DNA of 64,000 nt from positions 1,118 through 65,117 of the forward strand of contig CASFJL010000003.1 of the NCBI GenBank assembly GCA_949295005.1. The letters are read 5' to 3'. This DNA is from an uncultured Pseudomonadota bacterium. Lineage in GTDB: Bacteria; Pseudomonadota; Alphaproteobacteria; RF32; CAG-239. The position numbers and the translations under genes were made by a program. Of the stretch, positions 49,261 to 59,378 are shown piece by piece (position 1 is the stretch's first letter; each line of letters opens with the position of its first letter). Below the pieces are notes generated by a model that ran no database searches, was not told where the DNA came from, and saw nothing but the letters and a program-made list of their open reading frames with translations.

Positions 49261-51405
49261 ATGTTAAGACAGTATGAATTAGTTGATTTAGTAAAATCTT
49301 ATGACCCGGATGTTGATGAAGATGCATTGAACCGAGCCTACGTTTTTGCCATGAAAAAACATGGCGCACAGTTGCGTGCTTCAGGCGACCCTTATTATTC
49401 TCACCCCGTTGAGGTTGCCGGTATCTTGACAAAGTTTAAATTAGATTGCGCTTCTATTGTGGCCGGTCTGCTGCATGATACGGTTGAAGATACAGATACT
49501 ACTCTTGAAGAAATTAAAGGTTTGTTTGGTGAACAAGTGGCTCAAATTGTTGACGGTGTTACCAAACTGGCTATGATTGAACAAAAATCTGCCAATAAAA
49601 AACAAGCAGAGAATTTTAGAAAATTGTTACTCGCGATGTCTGAAGATATTCGCGTTTTATTGATTAAATTAGCTGATAGATTGCACAATATGCGCACTTT
49701 GCATTTTTGCGCTCCTGAAAAAAGAGCCAGAATTGCAAAAGAAACTTTGGATATTTATGCACCTTTGGCTGAACGTATCGGAATGCAAGAGGTTAAAAGC
49801 GAGCTGGAAGAAATTGCTTTTGCAGAACTTCATAAAGAAGCTCATGATTCAATTGTTGCTCGTCTAAACTTTTTAAGAGAGCAAGGTAATAGCTTGGTGC
49901 CTAAAATTATTGCTCAATTGCAAAAAGATATGCAAGAAAATGGTATTAAGGCCACAATTACGGGAAGAGAAAAAACACCTTATTCCATTTGGCGTAAAAT
50001 GCAGCAAAAAAATGCTTCTTTTGAGCAATTGTGCGATATTATGGCTTTTCGTATTTGTGTGGATGATGTTACAACCTGTTATCAGGCTTTGGGTGTTGTT
50101 CATAGCAAATATCACATGGTTCCGCGTCGTTTCAAAGATTATATTTCTACACCAAAGCCTAATGGCTATAAATCTATTCACACCGGTGTTATAGGGCCTG
50201 AAAATACCAGAATTGAAATTCAGATCAGAACATATGAAATGCACGAAGTGGCCGAAAAAGGTGTGGCCGCGCATTGGGCTTATAAGCAAGGTGAACGTGT
50301 TGTCGGTAAGAACTTTAAATGGATTAGAGAGTTGTTGGAAATTTTGGAACAGGCATCTAATCCGGAAGAGTTTTTGGAAAATACAAAATTGGAAATGTAT
50401 AATGATCAGGTCTTTTGTTTTACCCCTAAAGGAGACTTGATTGGTTTGCCGATTAATTCTACGCCGGTGGATTTTGCGTATGCTGTCCATTCTTCCGTCG
50501 GGGATACTTGTGTCGGTGCTAAAATTAATGGAGAAATAAGACCTTTACGCACTATCTTGCAAAATGGTGATCAGGTTGATATTTTAACATCAAAAGCGCA
50601 GCATCCGTCTCCTGAATGGGATCGATTTGTGGTGACCGGAAAAGCCAAAGCCGCTATCAGACGTTATGTCAGAGCTCATAAAAGAGAGCAATTTATTGCT
50701 ATGGGTAAACAAACTTTAGAGCGTTTGTTTAAAGGTGAAAATTTAGAGTTTTCTGAAAAAGCTTTAGTTAATGTTTTGCCCAATTTTGAAGCCGAATCTA
50801 TTGATGATATTTATGCAAAGGTGGGTGAAGGCTTGGTTAGCGGTTGGGATGTCTTAAAAGCAATTTATCCTGCTTATAAACAATCTAAACTTGAAAAAGT
50901 TGTTAATTCATTAAAACCGGTTTTCAAAAAAACTTTGCATAAAACCAAAAAAGAAGATATGCAAATTAATGGCTTAATTCCCGGAATGGCTGTTCATTTT
51001 TCAGGATGTTGTCATCCTCTTCCCGGAGATAGAATCGTTGGTATTGTAACAACCGGAAAAGGGGTGGCTATTCATACAATTGATTGTAAACAGCTAGAAA
51101 AATATACAAATGAACCAGAAAGATGGTTAGATGTTTCTTGGGGTAATAAAGCTAATGAAGAAGGTGTCTATACAGGTCGGTTGAAAGTGATGCTGGCCAA
51201 TGAACCCGGTGCTTTGGGTGAGTTTTCAAATGTTGTGGCAAGGTATGAAGGCAATATTGCAAATTTGAATATTGTTAATCGAACAATCAGCTATTTTGAA
51301 ATATTAGTTGATGTTGAAGTAAAAAATTTGAAACATTTAACAGATATTATTACAGCTTTGCGCGCCTCTAAAGTTGTTTCTTATGTGTCTAGAGCAAATC
51401 AATAA
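49261..51405 (+). CDS. spoT: Bifunctional (p)ppGpp synthetase/hydrolase (RelA/SpoT homologue)
   Basis: HD hydrolase motif (YYSHPVEVAGIL...LLHDTVEDT), synthetase block (REKTPYSIWRKM...DIMAFRI...GYKSIHT), and colinear TGS and ACT C-terminal domains. Confidence 0.95.
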   Translation: MLRQYELVDLVKSYDPDVDEDALNRAYVFAMKKHGAQLRASGDPYYSHPVEVAGILTKFKLDCASIVAGLLHDTVEDTDTTLEEIKGLFGEQVAQIVDGVTKLAMIEQKSANKKQAENFRKLLLAMSEDIRVLLIKLADRLHNMRTLHFCAPEKRARIAKETLDIYAPLAERIGMQEVKSELEEIAFAELHKEAHDSIVARLNFLREQGNSLVPKIIAQLQKDMQENGIKATITGREKTPYSIWRKMQQKNASFEQLCDIMAFRICVDDVTTCYQALGVVHSKYHMVPRRFKDYISTPKPNGYKSIHTGVIGPENTRIEIQIRTYEMHEVAEKGVAAHWAYKQGERVVGKNFKWIRELLEILEQASNPEEFLENTKLEMYNDQVFCFTPKGDLIGLPINSTPVDFAYAVHSSVGDTCVGAKINGEIRPLRTILQNGDQVDILTSKAQHPSPEWDRFVVTGKAKAAIRRYVRAHKREQFIAMGKQTLERLFKGENLEFSEKALVNVLPNFEAESIDDIYAKVGEGLVSGWDVLKAIYPAYKQSKLEKVVNSLKPVFKKTLHKTKKEDMQINGLIPGMAVHFSGCCHPLPGDRIVGIVTTGKGVAIHTIDCKQLEKYTNEPERWLDVSWGNKANEEGVYTGRLKVMLANEPGALGEFSNVVARYEGNIANLNIVNRTISYFEILVDVEVKNLKHLTDIITALRASKVVSYVSRANQ

Positions 51406-51418
51406 AAGGAATATATAA

Positions 51419-51823
51419 ATGATTGTCGGAATAGGTTGTGACATTGCAAATATTTCTAGAATTGAAGATATTTTGGAAAAATATGGAACCCATTTTACGC
51501 ATAAAATTTTTTCTAAATCTGAAATGATGGAAATGAATAAAAGAAAAAATGTTTCTAAAAAAGAATTCGCGTCTATGGTGGCTAAAAGATTTGCGGCAAA
51601 AGAGGCTTGTTCAAAGGCTTTGGGTACCGGATTTAGGAAAGGTGTGTTTTGGAAAAATATTGAGGTAAAACATTTAATATCTGGCAAGCCTACTCTAAAA
51701 TTATCCGGCGGAGCTTTATTGGAGGCTCAACATTTGTGTGAAAGCGGAAATATTAACATTCACGTTTCTATGTCTGATGATTATCCTTGGGCTCAAGCTT
51801 ATGTGGTTATTGAAAGAATTTGA
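51419..51823 (+). CDS. acpS: Holo-[acyl-carrier-protein] synthase
   Basis: MIVGIGCDIANISRIE..., RFAAKEACSKALGTG..., and a length of 134 aa. Confidence 0.9.
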   Translation: MIVGIGCDIANISRIEDILEKYGTHFTHKIFSKSEMMEMNKRKNVSKKEFASMVAKRFAAKEACSKALGTGFRKGVFWKNIEVKHLISGKPTLKLSGGALLEAQHLCESGNINIHVSMSDDYPWAQAYVVIERI

Positions 51824-52473
51824 TGAATGAGCGTCTTAAATTTAGAATAAAGCAATTGCTCCGAGTGATTATTTTGGGAGTTTTTTGCTCTTTTCTTTTA
51901 AGACTTTTTATTTTTGAAAAATATAAAATTTATTCTGTTTCCATGTTGCCGACAATGTCATCGGAAGAGTGGGATTTTGTTACAAAGTTTGATTATGGGT
52001 ATTCTCAATATTCATTTCCGTTTAATTTATCTTTCTTAAAAGGTATTCGCCTTTTTCCTAAACAGCCAAAACGCGGTGATATTATTGTTTTTAAGGCTCC
52101 GAATTCTAAAATAAAATGGGCTTTTGTAAAAAGGCTTATCGGTTTGCCCAAGGACAAAATTATGTTGAAAAAAGGCCGCTTGTATATTAACGGCGTTATT
52201 GTGCCTCGGTATTATGAGGGGGCTTATGCTTATCAGGATAGAAGAAATAAAAATTGGGTGTTTTCTCAATATAGGGAAATTTTACCCAACGGTGTAAAAT
52301 ATTCAATTATTGAATTATCCGATGATAAGGTTTTGGATAATGTGGAAGAGTTTGAAGTCCCTGACGGGTATTATTTTTTTATGGGAGACAACAGAGATCA
52401 ATCTGAAGACAGCCGTAGTAGTTTGGGGCTTGTTCCGTTTGAAAATTTAATTGGACAAGTGCGTAAAAAATAA
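51820..52473 (+). CDS. lepB: Signal peptidase I, divergent and C-terminally shorter paralogue
   Basis: One TM helix, the Ser box YSVSMLPTM, the Lys box FVKRLIGLPKDKI, and GDNRDQSEDSR. It ends about 35 aa earlier than the downstream copy. Confidence 0.8.
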   Translation: MMNERLKFRIKQLLRVIILGVFCSFLLRLFIFEKYKIYSVSMLPTMSSEEWDFVTKFDYGYSQYSFPFNLSFLKGIRLFPKQPKRGDIIVFKAPNSKIKWAFVKRLIGLPKDKIMLKKGRLYINGVIVPRYYEGAYAYQDRRNKNWVFSQYREILPNGVKYSIIELSDDKVLDNVEEFEVPDGYYFFMGDNRDQSEDSRSSLGLVPFENLIGQVRKK

Positions 52474-52625
52474 TCTAATACTTTGTTAATTGGATAAATT
52501 TTAGTTGCTATATAAAAAATATTGATTAGTATATCAAAAAATGGTGCCTCTTTAGAAATTTTTTTTTGAATAGAATCAATTTCCAACGAGGTGTCTGGTT
52601 TTGTTTTTTTGTTGTTGAGGTTAAT

Positions 52626-53354
52626 ATGGAAAAAGATGAAGGTTTTTTAGACACCGTTAAAACTGTGGTTATTGCAATTTTTATTGCCATTGTTATCAGG
52701 ACTTTTTTGTTTGAGCCATTTAGAATCCCATCAGGGTCAATGTATCCGACTTTATATGTAGGGGATTATCTTTTTGTTTCTAAATATACATATGGATATT
52801 CTAAACATTCTTTTCCTTTTAGTCTGCCGTTGTTTGAAGGACGAATTTGGGAAGATAAACCGCAAAGAGGCGATGTGGTGGTTTTTAAATTTCCTCAAGA
52901 TAATACAACTGACTTTATTAAACGTGTTATCGGGCTTCCCGGGGAAAAAATTAAATTGGAAAAAGGTCGTTTGTTTATTAATGGAAAAATGTTGCCCCGT
53001 GAGCAAATTGAAGATTTTGTTTTGAGAGATGAAAACGGTAACGCTAAAAGGTTTAATCAATATCTTGAAACATTACCGGAAGGTAAAAAACATAAGATTA
53101 TTGAGATTTCTGATTTTGAACTTGTTGATGATATGCCGGAAGTGACCATTCCTAATGATTGTTATTTTATGATGGGTGATAACAGAGACCAATCAGATGA
53201 CAGCCGTGTCAGCGTAGGGTTTGTGCCGGCTGAAAACTTGATGGGAAAAGCTCGCTTCTTGTTTTATTCTCATAATGAAGAAGGGGCTTGGTATATGCCT
53301 TGGACTTGGCCTAAAAAAATTCGTTGGGACAGATTGTTTGATAAAATCAAATAG
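52626..53354 (+). CDS. lepB: Signal peptidase I
   Basis: IPSGSMYPTLYVGDYLFVSKY, RGDVVVFKFP, FIKRVIGLPGEKI and GDNRDQSDDSR. The ATG at 52626 (MEKDEGF) is preferred to the ORF-track start. Confidence 0.9.
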   Translation: MEKDEGFLDTVKTVVIAIFIAIVIRTFLFEPFRIPSGSMYPTLYVGDYLFVSKYTYGYSKHSFPFSLPLFEGRIWEDKPQRGDVVVFKFPQDNTTDFIKRVIGLPGEKIKLEKGRLFINGKMLPREQIEDFVLRDENGNAKRFNQYLETLPEGKKHKIIEISDFELVDDMPEVTIPNDCYFMMGDNRDQSDDSRVSVGFVPAENLMGKARFLFYSHNEEGAWYMPWTWPKKIRWDRLFDKIK

Positions 53355-53371
53355 TTTGGTGTCGGAGATTT

Positions 53372-54031
53372 ATGATGATTGATTCAATTGAAAAAAATTT
53401 AGGCTATGTTTTTCATAATAAAGCTTTGCTCAAACAAGCCTTAACCCATAGCAGTGTTTCTGTTGATGTGGATAAAAATTATGAAAGATTGGAGTTTTTG
53501 GGTGACCGTGTCCTTGGTTTGACGATTGCTTCTTTGTTAATTAATGCCTTTCCTCATGAACCTGAAGGCAGTTTGTCTCAAAGGCATACGGCTTTGGTTT
53601 GTAAGGAAACGGTTGCACATGTGGCTTGTCAATTAAATCTTGATAAATATATGATTGTGGCAGATGAAGATATCAGACATAATGAAAACGTGTTATGTGA
53701 TGTGTGCGAGGCTGTTATTGGTTCTGTGTTCTTAGACGCGGGGTGTATGCAGGCTATGGATTTTGTGCAACAAAATTGGAAAAATTTGATTGATAAAAAT
53801 GTTGAACCACCTAAAGATGCTAAAACAAAATTACAAGAAATATCTCACGCTCGCGGCTTGGGAAGCCCTGTTTATAAATTGGAAAAAAGAGAAGGTAGCG
53901 AGCATGAGCCGATTTTCTTTATTTCTGTGCATTTGGATAAAGTTGATGCAGAAATAGGTGAGGGTAGAAACAAGAAAATTGCCGAACAAGATGCAGCTGC
54001 AAAAATGTTAAAAAAATTGGAAAAAATATGA
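53372..54031 (+). CDS. rnc: Ribonuclease III
   Basis: The signature ERLEFLGDRVLGL and a C-terminal dsRBD (KTKLQEISHARGLGSPVYKL...GEGRNKKIAEQDAA). Confidence 0.93.
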   Translation: MMIDSIEKNLGYVFHNKALLKQALTHSSVSVDVDKNYERLEFLGDRVLGLTIASLLINAFPHEPEGSLSQRHTALVCKETVAHVACQLNLDKYMIVADEDIRHNENVLCDVCEAVIGSVFLDAGCMQAMDFVQQNWKNLIDKNVEPPKDAKTKLQEISHARGLGSPVYKLEKREGSEHEPIFFISVHLDKVDAEIGEGRNKKIAEQDAAAKMLKKLEKI

Positions 54032-54945
54032 GTGACACACCTTCTCAAAAATCTGTAAAGCGTTGTGGCTTTGTGGCTTTAATCGGAGCTCCTAACGCCG
54101 GAAAATCTACTGTTACAAATAATTTTGTCGGCTCCAAAGTCTCTATTGTTTCTCCTAAGGTACAAACAACCAGAACTCAAGTTAAGGGAATTGGTATTTT
54201 TGATAATACGCAAATTATTTTTATTGATACGCCGGGGATTTTTAAGCCTAAAAGACGACTTGACAGAGCTATGGTGGCTTCTTCTTGGAGCGGTGTCGGT
54301 GATGCTGATATTGTGGTGCTTGTGGTCGACGCAAAACGCGGCTTTGATGATGAAACTAAAGCTATTGTGCAAAAACTTAATAAAAATAAAATTAAAGCGG
54401 TTTTGTTGCTGAACAAAATTGATTTAATTCAAAAACAAAAATTGTTGGCTTTGTCTGCTGAGATAAATCAGAGTGGTTGTTTTGAACAGACTTTTATGGC
54501 CTCTGCCTTGACCGGAGAGCAGATTGATGATTTTTATCAATATTTGGCTGATAATTTACCTGAAAGTCCTTGGTATTATGATGAAGAGCAAATATCTGAT
54601 ATGCCGTTGAAATTATTGGCCGCTGAAATTGTTAGAGAAAAATTGTTTTTATATCTGCGCCATGAGTTGCCTTATGCTTTGACAGTGGAGCCTGAATTGT
54701 GGGAAAGAAGAGAGGACGGAAGTGTCAGAGCTGAAATTACAATTTATGTGGAGCGTGATAGCCAAAAAGTTATTGTTTTAGGTAAGGGCGGGAGTATGAT
54801 TAAAAAAATCGGACAGGCTGCTCGTAAAGAAATTGAAGAACTTTTAGAAGATAGAATACATTTGTTTTTATTTGTCAAAGTCAGAGAAAATTGGATTGAG
54901 GATCCGGCTCGTTATAAAGATTGGGGCTTGAATTTTAACGCCTAA
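54028..54945 (+). CDS. era: GTPase Era
   Basis: G1 GAPNAGKST, G3 DTPG, G4 NKID, and a C-terminal KH domain (VIVLGKGGSMIKKIG). It forms the classic lepB-rnc-era arrangement. Confidence 0.95.
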   Translation: MSDTPSQKSVKRCGFVALIGAPNAGKSTVTNNFVGSKVSIVSPKVQTTRTQVKGIGIFDNTQIIFIDTPGIFKPKRRLDRAMVASSWSGVGDADIVVLVVDAKRGFDDETKAIVQKLNKNKIKAVLLLNKIDLIQKQKLLALSAEINQSGCFEQTFMASALTGEQIDDFYQYLADNLPESPWYYDEEQISDMPLKLLAAEIVREKLFLYLRHELPYALTVEPELWERREDGSVRAEITIYVERDSQKVIVLGKGGSMIKKIGQAARKEIEELLEDRIHLFLFVKVRENWIEDPARYKDWGLNFNA

Positions 54946-55673
54946 TCAAAATTAAATAATTCTCCCTGAGGGTTGTTTGCCAAATTGTGAATGGCTTCTT
55001 TGACAAGTGTGGTGCTGATAGCTCTTTTTTCTGCCAGTGACAACATGTCTATTTCTGCTACAATTTTTCTGGCATAAGAAAATGAGCGTTGCATATTTTT
55101 TAATAAGTATGTGATTATTTCCGGTGAAACATTAATTTGCCTATCCATAAATAATTTTATTAACAAGCTAGATAAAAGCTCATCGTCGGGGGCTTTTATT
55201 TCTATGGACGGAATTATATTTAATCTGGATTGTAGGTCTTTGAGTTTTATGTTTAATCGAGCAGGAGCTTGTTGTGCCGTAAAAAGAATATATCCACCTT
55301 CATTGCGGTATAAATTGTATAAATGAAAAAATGCTTCTTCATTTATATTATTGTCTAAATCTTCTACAACAAGGCAAGGATTTTCTTGAAATAAATCATA
55401 TATATTTTCTAATTTGACTTGTGATGCTTTTATGTTGGGTATTTTATACGGATAATGTGTTAATAAACTGACACGATTTGAAAAAACATTGGCTAAATGT
55501 GTTTTTCCGCAGCCTTCACTTCCGTAGATGCATAGTGCAAAAAAATGCCAATTCGGCCATAAATCAATTGCCATAACAGCTTCTTGATTGCAAGGAGAAA
55601 TTAAAAAATCTTCTTTTCCAAGAGCCGGTCGGTGCGGTAATTCTAACGGAAGTTGTTTAACTGTTTCGTTCAT
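54942..55673 (-). CDS. hdaA: DnaA regulatory inactivator HdaA
   Basis: An N-terminal clamp-binding-type motif QLPLEL, Walker A GSEGCGKTHL, and a short AAA+ DnaA-like module. The 243-aa length is typical for alphaproteobacterial HdaA. Confidence 0.8.
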   Translation of the reverse strand: MNETVKQLPLELPHRPALGKEDFLISPCNQEAVMAIDLWPNWHFFALCIYGSEGCGKTHLANVFSNRVSLLTHYPYKIPNIKASQVKLENIYDLFQENPCLVVEDLDNNINEEAFFHLYNLYRNEGGYILFTAQQAPARLNIKLKDLQSRLNIIPSIEIKAPDDELLSSLLIKLFMDRQINVSPEIITYLLKNMQRSFSYARKIVAEIDMLSLAEKRAISTTLVKEAIHNLANNPQGELFNFD

Positions 55674-55686
55674 TTTTTTGCCTTTT

Positions 55687-58323
55687 TTATTTATTTAATA
55701 CATCAAAAACTTTTGCCGTCAAGTCTCCTAAGCTGAATGGTTTGGCCATAAATTCAAAATTTTCGCTTTCTGATAATTCTCTTTTGGCAATTTCTTCTGA
55801 ATATCCGGAAGCTAAAATAACTTTTATGTTCGGAATTTTTTCTTTGACAATGGCGGCTAGCTCTGCCCCTGTTTTTCCGGGCATAACCATATCCGTAATT
55901 AATAAATCAAACTTGGTGTCATGTTCTAATTGTTCTAATGCATTTTCAGCTGAATTGCAACCGATTACGTCATATCCTTTTTTCTTTAATGCACGAAGGG
56001 CAAAAGTGCGTACTGAGTCTTCATCTTCAACAAATAAAATTCTTGTCGAAGATATTTCTTTGTTATTCTCTTTTCTATCTATTGAGGATGAGACGTTTAA
56101 TCCAAAAATGAGCTTTTGGTTAAGAGCAATTGGTGACTTAATGGTTTCTTGCACGGTTAATATCGGTGTCCCATCTTTATTGACGACAACATCTTGTGTT
56201 GTATCATCTGAAACATCATTTTCATTGTCTTTATCAACACGCGGCAGATATATTGAAAAGGTTGTTCCGACATTTACAGTGCTGTCTACTTTAATAAAAC
56301 CTTTGGTTTGTTGAACAATACCGTAAACCATGGCTAAGCCCAAGCCGGTTCCGGAGCCGACAACATTTTCTTTGGTAGAAAAAAACGGCTCAAAAATCCT
56401 GTTTAAATTTTCTTTCGGAATGCCGCAGCCGGTGTCTTTTACATCTATCACGACAAATTCTCCGGGAGAAACAATATCTGAGCCAAAATGATAAGGTTCT
56501 GCTTGCACGGCAACACGCGTGGAAATTGTTAATGTTCCGCAACCTTTCATCGCATCTTTGGCGTTGACGGCTAGATTGATAATCACTTGAGAAAACTGAA
56601 CTGGGTCTACTCGTACAAAACCTAAATCAGAACCATGATAAAATTTTAAGATAATTTGTTCCCCTAAAATCCTTTTCAACATATGGTTAAGTTCTGTAAA
56701 GTTTTCTGTTATATTAATTAATTTTGGTTTTAATGGTTGTTTTTTGGAAAAAGCCAATAATTGTCTGACAAGGCCGGCCGCTCTGTTTGCGTTTTGTTTG
56801 ATTTGTATTAGGTCTGCAAAAGAGGGGTCGCCGACACCATGTCTTTGCAGCAACAAATCACAAAAGCCAATCATAGCAGTCAGTAGATTGTTAAAGTCGT
56901 GTGCAACACCACCGGCCAATTGTCCAACTGCCTGCATCTTTTGGGCTTGCGCAAATTGAACTTCAAGAGATTTTTGCTTTGTGGCATCTGTTAAATAAAC
57001 CATAATTCCATTATTGTTGTTAGATGTACCGTGAAGTGTTTGGGTGACGGATAAATATAAATGCGCAATTTTTTCTTCTTCACCATTTTTGATATGAACA
57101 TCTAAATTGGAACTTTTTTGCTCTCCCATGCATATTTTTTTTATTTCTTGAAGCAAGTTTTCATAATCTTCGGGTTGAACAAAGTCAAAAATATTTTGGT
57201 TTTGCGGTATGTTATTTAAATTTAAAAATTCTTGAGCTTGTGGATTGAGCTTTTTTATGTTGCCGGATTCTTCTATAAATAAAATTCCTATCGGAGCTTG
57301 ATTAAAAAGCCAATTAATTTCATCAAACGCATGATTTAAATTTGTTTTTAAATCATTATCAGTGGGGATTTTGTCTATGATAACACCACGTGCTTTTTGT
57401 TTGTGTTCTTCTTGATATCTTTCTTGAAAAACCAAAGTTTCTGTTGTGCCATTGGGAATGTTATTAAAATAAATAATGCCGTTCCATAGAGCTTTGTCTG
57501 CTGGAATACGTGAGAATTTTGGCATAAAATCTGTTAAGTCTTTGCCTTTTAATTCTTCTCTTTTGCTGTTTAAAAATGAGGCCAAAGCATGGTTGGAATA
57601 TTCTATTTTGTTGTTTTCATCACAAATATAAACTCCGATTGGCAAATAGTCTAAAAAGTCATGCAAATTTTTGCTTTCTTTTTGAAAAATGCTGTCCATG
57701 TTCTTTTTTGCGGTAATATTTTTTATATGCCAATATAAAAAAGCATCTTTTTTGATTTTTTTTATAGAAAATGGACCATTAAAAATATCTGTCTTTTTCA
57801 AATATATGGGTTTGACGCTGATTTCAAACCACTCTTCATTATTAAATATTTTATTATCTTCATTTAAATTTAGGGCTAGTGTTTGCGTTATCGGCACTAA
57901 GTTATTACAGGCGTTTTTTATTTGTTGAAGTGCATTTTCATTGTTATCTTGTTTAGAAACATAGTGTTCTATAAAGCTTAAAACCGGATATTGTTGAAAA
58001 AAATCTTTTGCTGATGAATTTTGTAATATAGGCTCTCCTAATGAATTTTCAATTCTTTCCAATTCAAAATCCTTTTTGATGATTTCTCCAGCCAGTCCTG
58101 CAAAACTCATGGCTTTTTCTGCCGTGTTTAATGTTTTTATGGTTATGATTAAGCTTATTATTATTAAAATAATGATACTTAATACCAAAAACATAAAATA
58201 TTCAGGATATAAAAATAATGATATGATGCTCAGAGATAAAAATACTAGAGCATATGCTAATAAAACCAAATATTTTTTGAGTTGTTTATCCGGATTTTTA
58301 TGAATTTTTGAGCTGCATAACAT
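55687..58323 (-). CDS. cckA: Hybrid sensor histidine kinase/response regulator, CckA-like
   Basis: Two N-terminal TM helices, PAS-like regions, the H-box GGVAHDFNNLLTAMIGFCDLL, the HATPase N, G1 and G2 boxes (AVNAKDAM, DTGCGI, GSGTGLGLAMV), and a C-terminal receiver (ILFVEDED...LLITDMVMPG...K). The start overlaps the flhB stop by 26 nt. Confidence 0.8.
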   Translation of the reverse strand: MLCSSKIHKNPDKQLKKYLVLLAYALVFLSLSIISLFLYPEYFMFLVLSIIILIIISLIITIKTLNTAEKAMSFAGLAGEIIKKDFELERIENSLGEPILQNSSAKDFFQQYPVLSFIEHYVSKQDNNENALQQIKNACNNLVPITQTLALNLNEDNKIFNNEEWFEISVKPIYLKKTDIFNGPFSIKKIKKDAFLYWHIKNITAKKNMDSIFQKESKNLHDFLDYLPIGVYICDENNKIEYSNHALASFLNSKREELKGKDLTDFMPKFSRIPADKALWNGIIYFNNIPNGTTETLVFQERYQEEHKQKARGVIIDKIPTDNDLKTNLNHAFDEINWLFNQAPIGILFIEESGNIKKLNPQAQEFLNLNNIPQNQNIFDFVQPEDYENLLQEIKKICMGEQKSSNLDVHIKNGEEEKIAHLYLSVTQTLHGTSNNNNGIMVYLTDATKQKSLEVQFAQAQKMQAVGQLAGGVAHDFNNLLTAMIGFCDLLLQRHGVGDPSFADLIQIKQNANRAAGLVRQLLAFSKKQPLKPKLINITENFTELNHMLKRILGEQIILKFYHGSDLGFVRVDPVQFSQVIINLAVNAKDAMKGCGTLTISTRVAVQAEPYHFGSDIVSPGEFVVIDVKDTGCGIPKENLNRIFEPFFSTKENVVGSGTGLGLAMVYGIVQQTKGFIKVDSTVNVGTTFSIYLPRVDKDNENDVSDDTTQDVVVNKDGTPILTVQETIKSPIALNQKLIFGLNVSSSIDRKENNKEISSTRILFVEDEDSVRTFALRALKKKGYDVIGCNSAENALEQLEHDTKFDLLITDMVMPGKTGAELAAIVKEKIPNIKVILASGYSEEIAKRELSESENFEFMAKPFSLGDLTAKVFDVLNK

Positions 58324-59368
58324 AACTAATTACCTCGGCAACGGCTTTAAAATGTTCTGGTGGTATGGTTTGATCTATCTCAACGCTTGCAAACAGAGCT
58401 CTGGCCAGCGGTGGGTTTTCTACAATCGGAATTTGGTGCTCTTCAGCAACTTCTCTTATCCTTAAAGCTAAAAAGTCAACACCTTTGGCTACAACAACCG
58501 GCGCATCCATCTTTTCCATTTTATATTCTAAGGCTACGGCATAATGCGTTGGGTTGACAATAATAACATCTGCTTTGGGAACATTTTCCATCATACGCTG
58601 ACGCGCTCTTTCCATTCGAACTTGGCGAATGCGCGATTTTATCAGAGGATCTCCTTCTACCTGTTTGTATTCTTCTTTGAGTTCTTGTTTGGTCATTCTT
58701 AATTTCTTTAAATGACTATAACGCTGATAAAGATAATCGGCAACCGCTAATACAAAAATTGCAATAACAACTGTGAATATCAGCAAAACAACAATTTTGT
58801 GAATGAATTGCAAAATGGAAATATTATCCATGGTAGGCATTAAATTTGTTTTATCTATATAAGGGCTGACTACTAAAATGCTGACATAGGCAATAATGGC
58901 AATTTTTATTAACCCCTTTATACTTTCAACAATTTTTTTCATATTTATAAAATTGGGCAAGGCTGCAAATATGTTTAATTTATTCCAGTTTGGTTCCAAC
59001 TTTTTGGGGGCATATATAAAACCGGTTTGAGAAATGCTGGCCATAACACCAAAAACTATAAAAATTATGAACGGAATGCCTAAAATTTTTAGTAAAGCTA
59101 CGGCACAATTGATGAATATTCTTTGCAAAGAGGCACTGTCAGTCGGGAGTTGTTCCGTGAGTTCTATAAATTTAAGGCTAAATTCATAAAACCAACGAAA
59201 CATCAGCGGAACAACCATCCAGACAACCGCTAACATTGCCAAAAACATAATAAAGCTTTTGGCATCTTGAGATATGGCAATGTCACCTTCTTCTTTGGCT
59301 TTTTCTATCTTTCGTTCCGACGGTTCTTCCGTCTTGGAGGCTTCATCTTCATCTTCCGGCGCAACCAT
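58298..59368 (-). CDS. flhB: Flagellar export apparatus protein FlhB
   Basis: EEPSERKIEKAKEEGDIAISQD N-terminus, four TM segments, and the autocleavage site NPTHYAVAL. Confidence 0.92.
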   Translation of the reverse strand: MVAPEDEDEASKTEEPSERKIEKAKEEGDIAISQDAKSFIMFLAMLAVVWMVVPLMFRWFYEFSLKFIELTEQLPTDSASLQRIFINCAVALLKILGIPFIIFIVFGVMASISQTGFIYAPKKLEPNWNKLNIFAALPNFINMKKIVESIKGLIKIAIIAYVSILVVSPYIDKTNLMPTMDNISILQFIHKIVVLLIFTVVIAIFVLAVADYLYQRYSHLKKLRMTKQELKEEYKQVEGDPLIKSRIRQVRMERARQRMMENVPKADVIIVNPTHYAVALEYKMEKMDAPVVVAKGVDFLALRIREVAEEHQIPIVENPPLARALFASVEIDQTIPPEHFKAVAEVISYVMQLKNS

Positions 59369-59378
59369 GATAAACCTC

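Noticed and set aside
52474-52625. The spacer between the two lepB copies, examined for remnants of the missing C-terminus of copy 1 or a small RNA.
   Set aside because: No frame shows similarity to the C-terminal ...RFLFYSHNEEGAWYMPW... segment of copy 2, and no stable hairpin is present.
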